This document shows, one piece after another, positions 7,269 to 17,370 of a stretch of 64,000 bases of DNA (within the stretch, counting starts at the first letter, position 1; every line of letters starts with the position of its first letter). Source of the stretch: a virus; IMG/VR virus record IMGVR_UViG_3300042922_000836, positions 1 through 64,000 of that record, one strand, 5' to 3'. Below the pieces are notes generated by a model, which was not told where the DNA came from, made no database searches, and saw only the letters and a program-made list of their open reading frames with translations. The position numbers were made by a program, and so were the translations under genes.

Positions 7269-7300
7269 TACCCGCCCTTTATTGGGTGGGTAAAATTTTT
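7269..7300 (+). terminator. GC-rich hairpin closing the RNA island
   Basis: TACCCGCCC-TTTATT-GGGTGGGTA followed by AAATTTTTT. Confidence 0.55.
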
Positions 7301-7302
7301 TA

Positions 7303-7851
7303 ATGAAAGAAGTGCTGAAAATTTTATATACATTAAACCTTGTAACATATATACTTAAAAATAAAGATGGTCATTATATATCATTACCATTACCAAAATA
7401 TATTCAAGTAGGAAAAGAATATTATGATGAAAATGAAATTAAACAAGATCAAATAATTGATATGTATGTTAAAGATTATGCCAAAAAGAATAATTGTGAA
7501 ATAATAACATCAACCGAGAGTTCGTTTAACATTCCTAAAATGTTTAGTTATCAAGTTAATTATAAAGATTTATATAGTTATCATTTTAGAGATTATAGAT
7601 GTTCAAAATGGCATGTTGTAGAATATTTAAAATATAAAAAATGTTTAAAAAAACATAAAGAAGATTTGATTTATACACAAGAGAATTTTCAATTTGTAAC
7701 AAGCTGTAGTGGTGAATATACAATATCTAATACTATATATGATGCTGTTATATGTAATCATTGTAATATAACTTTTTGTTTAACAGATATAAACAAAGGT
7801 TTCCTTTATGCTGTAAAAACAGATATTGGTAGATTATTGGGAAAATACTGA
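7303..7851 (+). CDS. hypothetical protein
   Basis: 182-aa ORF with CxxC near the C-terminus; start uncertain. Confidence 0.6.
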   Translation: MKEVLKILYTLNLVTYILKNKDGHYISLPLPKYIQVGKEYYDENEIKQDQIIDMYVKDYAKKNNCEIITSTESSFNIPKMFSYQVNYKDLYSYHFRDYRCSKWHVVEYLKYKKCLKKHKEDLIYTQENFQFVTSCSGEYTISNTIYDAVICNHCNITFCLTDINKGFLYAVKTDIGRLLGKY

Positions 7852-7854
7852 TTT

Positions 7855-7890
7855 AAACACTTTCAATTAAATTGAGAGTGTTTTATTTTA
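7855..7890 (+). terminator. intrinsic terminator
   Basis: AAACACTTTCAAT...ATTGAGAGTGTTT plus T-rich tail. Confidence 0.6.
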
Positions 7891-7931
7891 TTGTGTAATA
7901 AATATTTGTAAAAGAAAGGTAGGTAATTTTT

Positions 7932-9035
7932 ATTTCCGTAAAGAAAAAAGAAGTTGAACAACCGAAGGTAGAAAAGAAAAGATATACTTGCCTTCATTGT
8001 GAAAAAGAAAAATCCGAGGATGATTTTTATATAAGCAAATGGTCAAAATTCTGGAATTATTCAGATAAACATGTTTTATTTTGTACCAATTGTTTAAATA
8101 GTGAATTTGAAGAAAATTGTAATAAATTTCATTCTGCAAAAACAGCATTAATTATTGCTTGTCATAGATTAGATGTTCCCTTTTATGCATCCCTTTATGA
8201 AAGTGTTATAACAAATAATACAAACTTCGGTATAGGTATGTATCTTAGGCTTATTAATGGCAGACAGTATCAATATAAAACTTTCTTAAATAGTTTAATC
8301 GATGGTGAACTGTCGAAATCAGATAAAGAAATAAAGCAAGAAAAAGAAGCTAAATGGTCTAAACGTGATTTACAAAACAAAGATAGAGTTATAAATAAAA
8401 TTTTAAAATATGATCCATATGAGGACTATGATGATTTTTCAAGAAAATTTATGTTTAATCTCACATCCGATTATCTTGTTGATGAAAGTATTATAGAAGA
8501 TCCTCATAAACTCCAAGGTGTTATTGAGATTGTAAAGACATTTCAGCAAGTAGATGTTATTAATAAACAAATTAATTTAGAAACAAATAATAGCACATTA
8601 AATGCAGATAAATTTAAAACTCTAACAGAAATAAAGAAGAATTGTTTAGATTCAATTAATAAATTTGCAAAAGATAACGGTTTGTCTGCTTCATTAACAA
8701 ATAAAGGTGCAAAAGGTTCAAGCAGTTTAGCATTTTATGTTAAAAGCTTAGATGAAATGCATTTTACAGAATCACAAATTAATTTATTTGATATTGCAAC
8801 ATGTGAATCAATGCGACAATTTGCTGATATAAGCAATGAAAGTATTGTAAAACAAATACATTTAAATGCAGATGAATTAGGTGATTTAAAAGAACAACAA
8901 ACAAGGTTGTTGCAAAATTATAAATTACAGAATATGAAAATTAAAGAGGAAAACAGATTATTAAAAATTAAGTTAATTGAAAATAATATTCCATTTGATA
9001 ATTCCTTTCCGAATAAAGAGGATGAAATAAAATAA
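7932..9035 (+). CDS. Zn-finger protein, putative terminase small subunit
   Basis: Frame is open 102 codons upstream of the ORF-track ATG (8238) to ATT at 7932 after AGAAAGGTAGGT, adding CxxC...CxxC; abuts the large terminase. Confidence 0.6.
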   Translation: MSVKKKEVEQPKVEKKRYTCLHCEKEKSEDDFYISKWSKFWNYSDKHVLFCTNCLNSEFEENCNKFHSAKTALIIACHRLDVPFYASLYESVITNNTNFGIGMYLRLINGRQYQYKTFLNSLIDGELSKSDKEIKQEKEAKWSKRDLQNKDRVINKILKYDPYEDYDDFSRKFMFNLTSDYLVDESIIEDPHKLQGVIEIVKTFQQVDVINKQINLETNNSTLNADKFKTLTEIKKNCLDSINKFAKDNGLSASLTNKGAKGSSSLAFYVKSLDEMHFTESQINLFDIATCESMRQFADISNESIVKQIHLNADELGDLKEQQTRLLQNYKLQNMKIKEENRLLKIKLIENNIPFDNSFPNKEDEIK

Positions 9036-11368
9036 TGGATTTTCTATTTAAAAGAACAAGAGAAGAACTTTCAGAAAGAAAGTTAGAGGCATATCAAAAA
9101 TATGCAGAAATAATTCAATGGGGTAGAAAATTTCCTGTCAGATTCTGCGAAAGGTTTTACGGAATTGAATTGTTAGACCATCAAAGGTATGTTTTCATGT
9201 GTTCTTGGATTACTCCGAGAAACGTTTGGTGTCAATCTCGTGGATCTGGTAAAGCACTTGCATTGGATACAAAAATTCCAACATCTAATGGTTTTACAAC
9301 GATGAGAAATATTCAAGTCGGAGATTATATATTAGATTGTAATGGAAATCCTACCAAGGTTACATATACTTCAGAAATATTTATTGGCAATAGATGTTAT
9401 AAAGTTGCCTTTGATGATGGTGAAGAAATTATAGCTGATGAAAATCATTTATGGTCTGTTTATAGTGATTTTTTAACACCAGATGGTATTGATAAATATG
9501 GATTTAAAACAATTAATACAAGACATTTAGCATATCGTTATTCTGTTCTAAGTGCAAATAATTGTTATTCAGATATGTTAATTCCTACATTAGATAAAGA
9601 TAAATTCAAATATATAACTTCAATTGTTGAAGTACCCTCTGTACCGACTAAATGTATTCAAGTTGATAATGAAAGAGGGTTATTTTTATGTGGTGAGAAA
9701 AATACAGTCACTCATAATACAACATTGGTAGCACCTTTTGTTATGGCAAAATCAAATTTGTTTGCAAAACATCAAACATATATTATGTCTGGTGTTGGTT
9801 CTCAATCACAAGAATGTTTCTTAAAGATAGAGAAAATAGCAAAAAATGAAATTGCATCATTTACAGGATTAACTGAATTCTTCTTGGGCGAGATTGAGGC
9901 TAATCATGCTACCGCAGATGGTTTTGTTCATAATCCAGCATCATTTACTTATAAGCTGTTTAACGACAGTAGAGTTAATTCGCTTAATGGTGCATTTGAT
10001 AATAACCGTAGTAAGAGAAGTAATTTGAATATATATGATGAAAGCGGATTTGCCCCAGAGGATTTATTTGTAACCTCAATGCCTTTCATAACTCAGGATT
10101 CAAACTTTGCTTTGGGTGGAAAAATTAATCTTGAAATAGAACCCGCTAAAATTCCTAATCAAGCAATTTTCGCAAGTTCTGCTTCAGATATGAGTACATA
10201 TTTTTATCAAAAAGCTTATAAAGAATATGCTAAAAAGATGTTCATAGGAGATACGGATTATTTTGTTGCTGATGTTAATGCTACCGTTATGTTTAATGCA
10301 AAATACAACGGTAAAATATATCCTGTTTCTTTGTTAACTCAAAAAGAAGTTGAAGATGAGTTAAAGAAGAATAAAGAAAAAGCTGAACGTGAATATTTTA
10401 ATAAATTCAGTGTTGATGGTGGAGATCATCAACCGTTTAAAAGAAGTGTTATTAATCAATATAGTAAATTAAGAGTTCCTATACTTAGAAATGATGGAAA
10501 TCGTAGATTCGTTATAGCTTACGATCCCGCAAGACAAATAGATAATAGTTTTAGTTTGGTTGCAGAACTTATAAATGATCCAGAACTTGGTTATATGATG
10601 GAAATTTGTAATGGTATAAATTTTATGGATATTGGCAAGAAAAATAAAACACCTATGCGGTATCCTGAACAAATTTCATATTTAAAACAAATGATTTTAA
10701 ATTATAACGGTTCTGGTAAACAAGATTATGAAAATCTTGAAAAACTTTTGATAGATAGTGGTTCTGGTGGTGGTGGTCGATATATCGGTGATGATTTAAT
10801 GGAAGATTGGTATGATAATAACGGTCACAAACATAAAGGAATTATCGATAAAGTTGAACATGAGGAATATTTACCTAAATTTCAAAATGCTTTGGACAAG
10901 CTTAAATTATTAAGTCCTAAGAAATATAAGGTTGAAGCTTTTGATGGTTTAGTTGAAATGCTTAATGCGGGGTTAATTTCCTTTACAGAAAATTATGACC
11001 AAAAGGGTTACATAATGCTCCATAAAGATAAAGAATATGAATACATTGATGAAACTGATGGTCTGTCTAAAAAGGATATAAATAGAGAAATGATTCAATA
11101 TACTTTGTCTTTTGAAGAAGAAATGGCTTTAACACAAATCGACTTAGCAAAAGAAGAAATTTATAACTTCTACAGATATGATGGTACAAACGGTAATGTT
11201 AGATATGATTTATCACCTGACCAAGCAAATAAAATGCACGATGATAGAGCATATTGTTTAGCCATGCTGGGTTGGTATCTTCAGCAAATTCGTAGAGGTC
11301 AGATTATTAATAAACCAAAAAATAAAAATAATAATAAACCTCATTGTGTAACAGCAGTTGATTATTAA
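9035..11368 (+). CDS. terminase large subunit containing an intein
   Basis: Walker A SRGSGK|T, Walker B IYDESG, nuclease motifs AYDPAR and HDDRAY. Confidence 0.92.
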   Translation: MDFLFKRTREELSERKLEAYQKYAEIIQWGRKFPVRFCERFYGIELLDHQRYVFMCSWITPRNVWCQSRGSGKALALDTKIPTSNGFTTMRNIQVGDYILDCNGNPTKVTYTSEIFIGNRCYKVAFDDGEEIIADENHLWSVYSDFLTPDGIDKYGFKTINTRHLAYRYSVLSANNCYSDMLIPTLDKDKFKYITSIVEVPSVPTKCIQVDNERGLFLCGEKNTVTHNTTLVAPFVMAKSNLFAKHQTYIMSGVGSQSQECFLKIEKIAKNEIASFTGLTEFFLGEIEANHATADGFVHNPASFTYKLFNDSRVNSLNGAFDNNRSKRSNLNIYDESGFAPEDLFVTSMPFITQDSNFALGGKINLEIEPAKIPNQAIFASSASDMSTYFYQKAYKEYAKKMFIGDTDYFVADVNATVMFNAKYNGKIYPVSLLTQKEVEDELKKNKEKAEREYFNKFSVDGGDHQPFKRSVINQYSKLRVPILRNDGNRRFVIAYDPARQIDNSFSLVAELINDPELGYMMEICNGINFMDIGKKNKTPMRYPEQISYLKQMILNYNGSGKQDYENLEKLLIDSGSGGGGRYIGDDLMEDWYDNNGHKHKGIIDKVEHEEYLPKFQNALDKLKLLSPKKYKVEAFDGLVEMLNAGLISFTENYDQKGYIMLHKDKEYEYIDETDGLSKKDINREMIQYTLSFEEEMALTQIDLAKEEIYNFYRYDGTNGNVRYDLSPDQANKMHDDRAYCLAMLGWYLQQIRRGQIINKPKNKNNNKPHCVTAVDY
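9254..9718 (+). mobile_element. class 3 mini-intein (155 aa)
   Basis: Starts ALALDT, ends VTHN before Thr+1; WCT triplet (HLW, TKC, VTHN); no endonuclease domain. Confidence 0.88.
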
Positions 11369-11382
11369 GAAAGGAGGTATAC

Positions 11383-12975
11383 ATGTTTGAAGAAAATTTT
11401 GAAGTAATAATTGCATCTAAAGATGAAAAAAGTAATACTACAATAATTACAGCATCTGAAAAAGCTAAAAAAATACTTGCCGAGGCATTTGATAAATATG
11501 ATCCATCAAACAGATTATATTCTGCCTATCTTACAGAAAATTCTGATTCATCTTCTGTAACATCAGATTTAATAAATGAATTATCTAATGCACCTCAAAG
11601 TGATTTAAAGAAAATTACTCAAATAAATAATATTGTTTTAAGATACATTAATAAAAATGATTTAATTGGAATTACAATGTCTTCGATTGAAACCAATGTA
11701 AACACAAATTATAAATTATCTTATAAAGATTTTTCTGAATTTAGAAACAAACAAAAAGCTATTGATAAAGGTAAAACATTTATTAATGATTTTAATGAAC
11801 AAATAAATTTAAGAAGAATTATTCGGAATACCATTCCCCTTACATACACTGAGGGAACTTATATTTTGTATTTAAGAAAAAAAGATTTAAGTTATACAGT
11901 GGATGCTTATCCTTTAGGAGTTGCTATTATCAGTGACTATGATGTAAACGGTGATCCTGTTGTTTTAATCGATATTAAACAATTAACCAATCGATTGAAG
12001 AAAACAATGTTAAAAGATAAAAAAGGTAAACCGTTATTTTTCGATACTGTTGAAAAAGAAATTCAAGAAAATTATCCTAAAGAAGTTTATGATGCTTATA
12101 AAGCAAATGAATCTTATGCCATTCTTGATATAAGATATACAGGAGTAATACGAATTGGTAATTTAAATAGAAAATATGGATTAACACCTATCTTCCGAGC
12201 AATATCCCCAGCTATTATGCTGGACACTTTTGAAGAGGCAGATAGAACAAATACCAAAGCAAAAGCTAAAAAGATTATATTTCAGAAATTAAGAAAAGAA
12301 GTTCTTGGAGTAGATTTTACAAACGATGGATTTGAAGAACAGGCATTTGCACATGAAAATTTAATGGATGCTTGGAAATTACCTACAGTTGTAGTTACTC
12401 CACCCGCTACAGTAGAAAATATTGAATATGTAGAGCCTAAAAGTGAATTAACAAATATTGATATTATTAACCAATACAGAAACAGAGTAATGACCTGTTT
12501 AGGTATTGGCTTTTTAAGTCAAGAGGGAAAACAGACTGTTTCTACTGCTAATATTTCAGTTGAACAATTAATGCTAACCATAAATAAAATTTCAGAACAA
12601 TTGGAAGATGTTATTTATAAATGGTATGTAAATGTTTTAATTGAAAATGGAATGGATAAGATTTATGCTCCGAAAATTAAAGTCATTGATGCTGAACAAA
12701 TGAGTTTTGAAGTAAAAACTAAATTAGCTGAATTGTTATATTCTAAGCTTGGTGCATCTTATAAAACAGTATACGAAACGATAGGACTTGATGTTGAAGA
12801 AGAAAAACAACGTAGAGTAGAAGAAAATGAATTGAAATTTGATGAAGTTTTCATGCCTCATTTATCTTCGTATACAACAAGCGGGAAACCTGAAAGTGAT
12901 GGTAAACCCGCAGATGAAAATCCAAAGAATCCTGACAAACAACAATATGATAAAAATAGAGCAAAAACTCAATAA
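11383..12975 (+). CDS. portal protein
   Basis: 530 aa directly after the terminase; YGLTP motif; SPbeta-like synteny. Confidence 0.75.
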   Translation: MFEENFEVIIASKDEKSNTTIITASEKAKKILAEAFDKYDPSNRLYSAYLTENSDSSSVTSDLINELSNAPQSDLKKITQINNIVLRYINKNDLIGITMSSIETNVNTNYKLSYKDFSEFRNKQKAIDKGKTFINDFNEQINLRRIIRNTIPLTYTEGTYILYLRKKDLSYTVDAYPLGVAIISDYDVNGDPVVLIDIKQLTNRLKKTMLKDKKGKPLFFDTVEKEIQENYPKEVYDAYKANESYAILDIRYTGVIRIGNLNRKYGLTPIFRAISPAIMLDTFEEADRTNTKAKAKKIIFQKLRKEVLGVDFTNDGFEEQAFAHENLMDAWKLPTVVVTPPATVENIEYVEPKSELTNIDIINQYRNRVMTCLGIGFLSQEGKQTVSTANISVEQLMLTINKISEQLEDVIYKWYVNVLIENGMDKIYAPKIKVIDAEQMSFEVKTKLAELLYSKLGASYKTVYETIGLDVEEEKQRRVEENELKFDEVFMPHLSSYTTSGKPESDGKPADENPKNPDKQQYDKNRAKTQ

Positions 12976-13009
12976 TTAAAATTGATTGTTAAGAAAGGTG
13001 GTGATATAC

Positions 13010-14563
13010 ATGGATAACGAAAACATTGCTCTATCTAATTGTGGTGTTGTATGTAGTGAAGCTACAGAAGATGATGTTTCATTAACAGCTAAATTTATTA
13101 TCTGCGATTTTTTCCCTAATTTTAATGACTTAATGTTAAATAGAAAAACTATCAGCAATTGGTTAAATACTCTTATTACACAGCCTGTTGTTGGTGAACT
13201 TGGAGTTACCGATGCGGGTGTTTCTGATTTTGAAAGTCATAATTTGTTCCCTGTTAAAAGAGTTGCAAAAGATGGTTCAGTTTATCAAGACACTAAATTC
13301 TTTACTTCTGCTATGGGAGTATTTACTGATGTATCTATTGAAAATATCAAAAATAAAGAATACATAGTTGCCACAGCAAAAATATGGAAACGGTTTCCTG
13401 AATTTTGTGCTGTTATTAAAAGGCGAATTGCTGAAGATACTTTACATACTTCTTTTGAAATAGCAGTTAAAAACTTTCATATAGAAAAAATTAATGGTAA
13501 AAAAATAAAAGTAGTTGATGATGCTGTCTTTCTTGGACATGCTTTACTTGGCTCAAAAATAACTCCCGCATATGCGGATAGTCGAATGATTGAAGTTGCA
13601 AGTCAGAATGAGAATCAAGATTTAATCAATGCGATAGTAAAAGATATAGAAAATATTAGTCCAGAAAAGGAGGGCAAAATTTTGGAAAATGATTTAAATA
13701 AACCTGTTGAAACTCAAATAGCTACGGAAAATACAAATGTTCCTGTAGTAGAACAAAACAAAGAAAATGAAATACTTCAAGTGGCAAATGTTACTCCTGA
13801 AAATGGTGAGAAAACAGAGCCTGTCACATCCAATGAAAATAAAGAGAACACCAAAGAAGTATCAGCAATCACAATGTATGATTTATATAAGTCTATAAGA
13901 CAAGCAGTATCCGAAAAAATAAATAAAGATAGATGGGATTTTGATATATACTATCTTTTCCCCAATGAAAAAATCGCATGGGTAAGATATTGGGATGATG
14001 CAAGTGAGTTAGACATTCATGTATTTACATATACAGTTGAAAATGATGTTGTTGCTGTTGGTGAACCTACTGCTATGAAACTTACTGTTTCTGTTGCAGA
14101 AATTAATAAAACAGTTGCTGAATTAAATACAAAACTTCAGGAAAAAGATAATTCGCTTATTAAGGCAAGTCAAACAATACAAACTTTAAATACTACAGTC
14201 GCTACTTTGACTCCCTACAAAGACAAGTTTGAGAAAACTGAACAAGATCGAATAGCTAAAGAATTAGCCGATAAACAAACCACCCTTAAAGCTTATGCCT
14301 TAAAGAGTGGTTATATTTTTGAAAAAGAACTTGCTGAGTCGGATGATATTAAGCAGATGATTGAAAAAGTAGATGAAGTTGGTATTAAGAATGTTATAGC
14401 TGAAAGATTTATGAAATCTCTTGAAAAACCGCAGACGAAAGAGATTGAAACTTCAACAGCAAATGTTCCGCAAATAACTCCTAAAGCAAACATCACAAAT
14501 GATGAAGATAATTCAGAAACCGTAGATTACAAATCATTCATTAAGTCTTACTTGAGAAAGTAA
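13010..14563 (+). CDS. prohead protease/scaffold protein
   Basis: N-terminal protease-like domain (TSFEI...GHALLG...PAY) and C-terminal coiled coil; ATG at 13010 after AAAGGTGG. Confidence 0.7.
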   Translation: MDNENIALSNCGVVCSEATEDDVSLTAKFIICDFFPNFNDLMLNRKTISNWLNTLITQPVVGELGVTDAGVSDFESHNLFPVKRVAKDGSVYQDTKFFTSAMGVFTDVSIENIKNKEYIVATAKIWKRFPEFCAVIKRRIAEDTLHTSFEIAVKNFHIEKINGKKIKVVDDAVFLGHALLGSKITPAYADSRMIEVASQNENQDLINAIVKDIENISPEKEGKILENDLNKPVETQIATENTNVPVVEQNKENEILQVANVTPENGEKTEPVTSNENKENTKEVSAITMYDLYKSIRQAVSEKINKDRWDFDIYYLFPNEKIAWVRYWDDASELDIHVFTYTVENDVVAVGEPTAMKLTVSVAEINKTVAELNTKLQEKDNSLIKASQTIQTLNTTVATLTPYKDKFEKTEQDRIAKELADKQTTLKAYALKSGYIFEKELAESDDIKQMIEKVDEVGIKNVIAERFMKSLEKPQTKEIETSTANVPQITPKANITNDEDNSETVDYKSFIKSYLRK

Positions 14564-14585
14564 GCAAAAGAAAGGAAGAAAAAAT

Positions 14586-15053
14586 ATGTTAAGAGAATTA
14601 CAAGTACATTTAAACAAAGCCATTAATTCTATGTATAAAGCCGATGGTGCTTTAAAAACAGGTATGGGTGTTGTTGCTGACCATGCAAATAAAACAGTAG
14701 GTTTACCTGATGCCGAAACAGCAGAGGGTATTGTTCTGGTAAATAAGGAACGTATTCCTACTGGTGCAAATACTGGATATGCAAACATTTCCGATTGGGA
14801 TACAAATTTCGTTGATATTGCAACAGGCGAATTTGTTAAGCAGATTCCTATGGAAAACGGTGAAAGATATGGTGTTGACCAATATGCAGATGGTTTATTA
14901 ATTAATGACAGATTGAGTATCGGCACAGATGGTAAATGGAAAAAGGCTGGTGCTGGTATCAATTCAAGATTTGTTTATGCTGGTACACAAGACGATGCTG
15001 GACATACTCTTGCAATCGTTGAAGTTACAGCAGATGTAAAAGCAAATGCTTAA
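14586..15053 (+). CDS. capsid decoration/cement protein (putative)
   Basis: 155 aa, Gly/Ala-rich, immediately before the major capsid gene. Confidence 0.6.
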   Translation: MLRELQVHLNKAINSMYKADGALKTGMGVVADHANKTVGLPDAETAEGIVLVNKERIPTGANTGYANISDWDTNFVDIATGEFVKQIPMENGERYGVDQYADGLLINDRLSIGTDGKWKKAGAGINSRFVYAGTQDDAGHTLAIVEVTADVKANA

Positions 15054-15084
15054 TTAAATTAATTGAAGAAAGAAGGTAAATGAT

Positions 15085-16074
15085 ATGTTAAAAACTGAAA
15101 TCGCAGAAGTTTTAAATAAAGATGGCAAAGTCTATGAAATTGCCGAAAAGATTAACTATAATCAGACATTAACTTCTGAGGAAAAAGAAGTATCCACTCT
15201 GTGCGATGCTTGGGTTAAAGAAGTTTCCGAAAAGGGCGATCCTGATAAGGAAATTGCGGCTTTTATCAAAAAGACAATAAATGAGGAAGTTTATAATGCA
15301 CCTGATGAACTGCTTGATGGTATGTTTGAACGTGGCTCTGTTGGTGAATTTGATGATTATCAGGTTGAAAAAGCACCTGTTAATACTCTTATTGCACATG
15401 AAGCCGCTAAAGGTGGTAACGTTGATAGATCTTATATAGATTTCTCTGTATTAAGACCTACATGGAAGAACAGACAGGTAGAAACTGATTTGTCTTATGT
15501 TGATATGCGTAGAAATGGTTTCAAATCCGTTGCTTTGCTGACAACTTTCGCAAATGAGGCTCTTAAAAATGCCATGTTCTATGATATCTTTGGTTTGGTT
15601 GATACAGCTATCGTTGGTGGCGATCAAGCTATTGCAGAAGCTGGTGCATTACCGACACAAACATCTATGGACAAGTTATCTCTCTATCTGAATGATAGAA
15701 ATCCCCAAGGTGCTGTAGCAACAACTCTGTCCAAATATGCACAGGCAATTATGCGTATGGAAGGTTATGCTACATATATGTCCGATGCTATGAAAGATGA
15801 GTTTAACCGTTACGGTCTTGCTCGTTTCTTCGATGGTGTTAAAGTTGCATCTATTTCTGGTGCTAAGAAACAAGGAAATGGTTCTCTGTTAATTCCTGAT
15901 AAGAAAATCTTTGGTACTGCTGGTATCATCGGTACTCTTGATATGAAGGGCGAAATCCATGTATACGAGGATCTTGATAATCAGAACGAAGTTTTGAAAA
16001 TCAAAGTTGCTGACTTTACATATGGCTATTGCATCACCGACATATCCAAAGTATGCAAAATTACAATGGCTTAA
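15085..16074 (+). CDS. major capsid protein
   Basis: 329 aa, expected position in the head module, followed by a terminator hairpin. Confidence 0.8.
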   Translation: MLKTEIAEVLNKDGKVYEIAEKINYNQTLTSEEKEVSTLCDAWVKEVSEKGDPDKEIAAFIKKTINEEVYNAPDELLDGMFERGSVGEFDDYQVEKAPVNTLIAHEAAKGGNVDRSYIDFSVLRPTWKNRQVETDLSYVDMRRNGFKSVALLTTFANEALKNAMFYDIFGLVDTAIVGGDQAIAEAGALPTQTSMDKLSLYLNDRNPQGAVATTLSKYAQAIMRMEGYATYMSDAMKDEFNRYGLARFFDGVKVASISGAKKQGNGSLLIPDKKIFGTAGIIGTLDMKGEIHVYEDLDNQNEVLKIKVADFTYGYCITDISKVCKITMA

Positions 16075-16088
16075 TAGTTTCCTGATTA

Positions 16089-16121
16089 ATAAGAGGGGTG
16101 AAATATCCCCTCTTATCATTT
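16089..16121 (+). terminator. intrinsic terminator after the capsid gene
   Basis: ATAAGAGGGG...CCCCTCTTAT. Confidence 0.65.
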
Positions 16122-16151
16122 AATTAAAAATAAATATAAAGTGGTGAAAGA

Positions 16152-16850
16152 ATGTCAATTAAAGACAAAAAAATGATAGATGTTATAAACTATTATAGTT
16201 TCGGTATTTCATTTAAAGCAAAAGACCATAATTATTGGATAGATGGAGTAAAAGATAATATACCTCATCGAATACCATTGTTAATTGATGAAATTCAATA
16301 TATTGATACAACTTCACAAGCCTTTAAATCAGGCTTGTTATTTTTTGATGAAGATATTGAGCAAGAAGTATATGAAGATATATTAAGAATACCTCAATGG
16401 AGAAATATATTGAAACCCTCAAAGATAAAGGAAATAATTTTAAAGCCTACTATCGAGGGATTGGAACAGTTCTTAAATGTTAAGAGTATTACTGTTTTTG
16501 ATATAATTCGTGGTATTTTTGTTGATTTAAAATACAATGAAAATGCTGATATATCAACAAGAGTTGAAAGAATTATAACCGAAAGACATAAAGAACTTTT
16601 AAATAAAGTTTATAACACAAATATAATTTTAAAACCCAAAGATGTTGTTGGTTCATCTGAAGATGTGAATACATTAAAGGCTCAGAATGAAACAATGCAA
16701 TCTGAACTTAAAGCAATGAAAGAAATGTTGGCACAGTTTATGGCAACTCAAAACAAAACTGATGATGCTAAACCTGAAAATAATACAGAAACTGTTCCGA
16801 CTGTTCCCAAAGAGAAACCTAAGAAATCAAAGAAAGTTGCAGAGGAATAA
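16152..16850 (+). CDS. virion morphogenesis protein (hypothetical)
   Basis: 232 aa with a C-terminal coiled coil; head-module synteny. Confidence 0.55.
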   Translation: MSIKDKKMIDVINYYSFGISFKAKDHNYWIDGVKDNIPHRIPLLIDEIQYIDTTSQAFKSGLLFFDEDIEQEVYEDILRIPQWRNILKPSKIKEIILKPTIEGLEQFLNVKSITVFDIIRGIFVDLKYNENADISTRVERIITERHKELLNKVYNTNIILKPKDVVGSSEDVNTLKAQNETMQSELKAMKEMLAQFMATQNKTDDAKPENNTETVPTVPKEKPKKSKKVAEE

Positions 16851-16863
16851 TTAAAAAGAAAGG

Positions 16864-17370
16864 GTGATATTAATGCCGACTTCATTTGATAAACCATATG
16901 ATGTGTTTTTTAAGCATATTGAAAATGATCCTGATTTCTTTAACTATAGAAATTTATCGGTTACTGAAGCTCTGGAATTGGCGAAATTAAGAGCAGATGA
17001 TTATTTAAAAGAAGCTATATCTTTGTTGACATTAAAATGCACTCCTGATGTTGATTTTAATGATTATAACGATATTACCAAAGAATTTAATTTTGACTTA
17101 GTACCAAATGAAATTCTCATACTTGGTTCTTTAATGTTTGAAATTTATTTGGAAAGAGATATTAGTAAAGTTAAAATATACTCTGCACATTTAACATCTC
17201 AAGAAATAAAAACAATATTTTCTCCCGCAAACGAAAGAAAAACTTTTCTTGAAATGTATACCAAAATACAGCTTGATAATGATAAATTAATTACAAAATA
17301 TATTTCAAAAGATAGGAAAACAGGTAAACGAAAAAAGATAAATCATGCCTTGTTAATTGGTGAGAATTAA
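16864..17370 (+). CDS. head-tail adaptor (putative)
   Basis: 168-aa helical protein; synteny. Confidence 0.5.
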   Translation: MILMPTSFDKPYDVFFKHIENDPDFFNYRNLSVTEALELAKLRADDYLKEAISLLTLKCTPDVDFNDYNDITKEFNFDLVPNEILILGSLMFEIYLERDISKVKIYSAHLTSQEIKTIFSPANERKTFLEMYTKIQLDNDKLITKYISKDRKTGKRKKINHALLIGEN

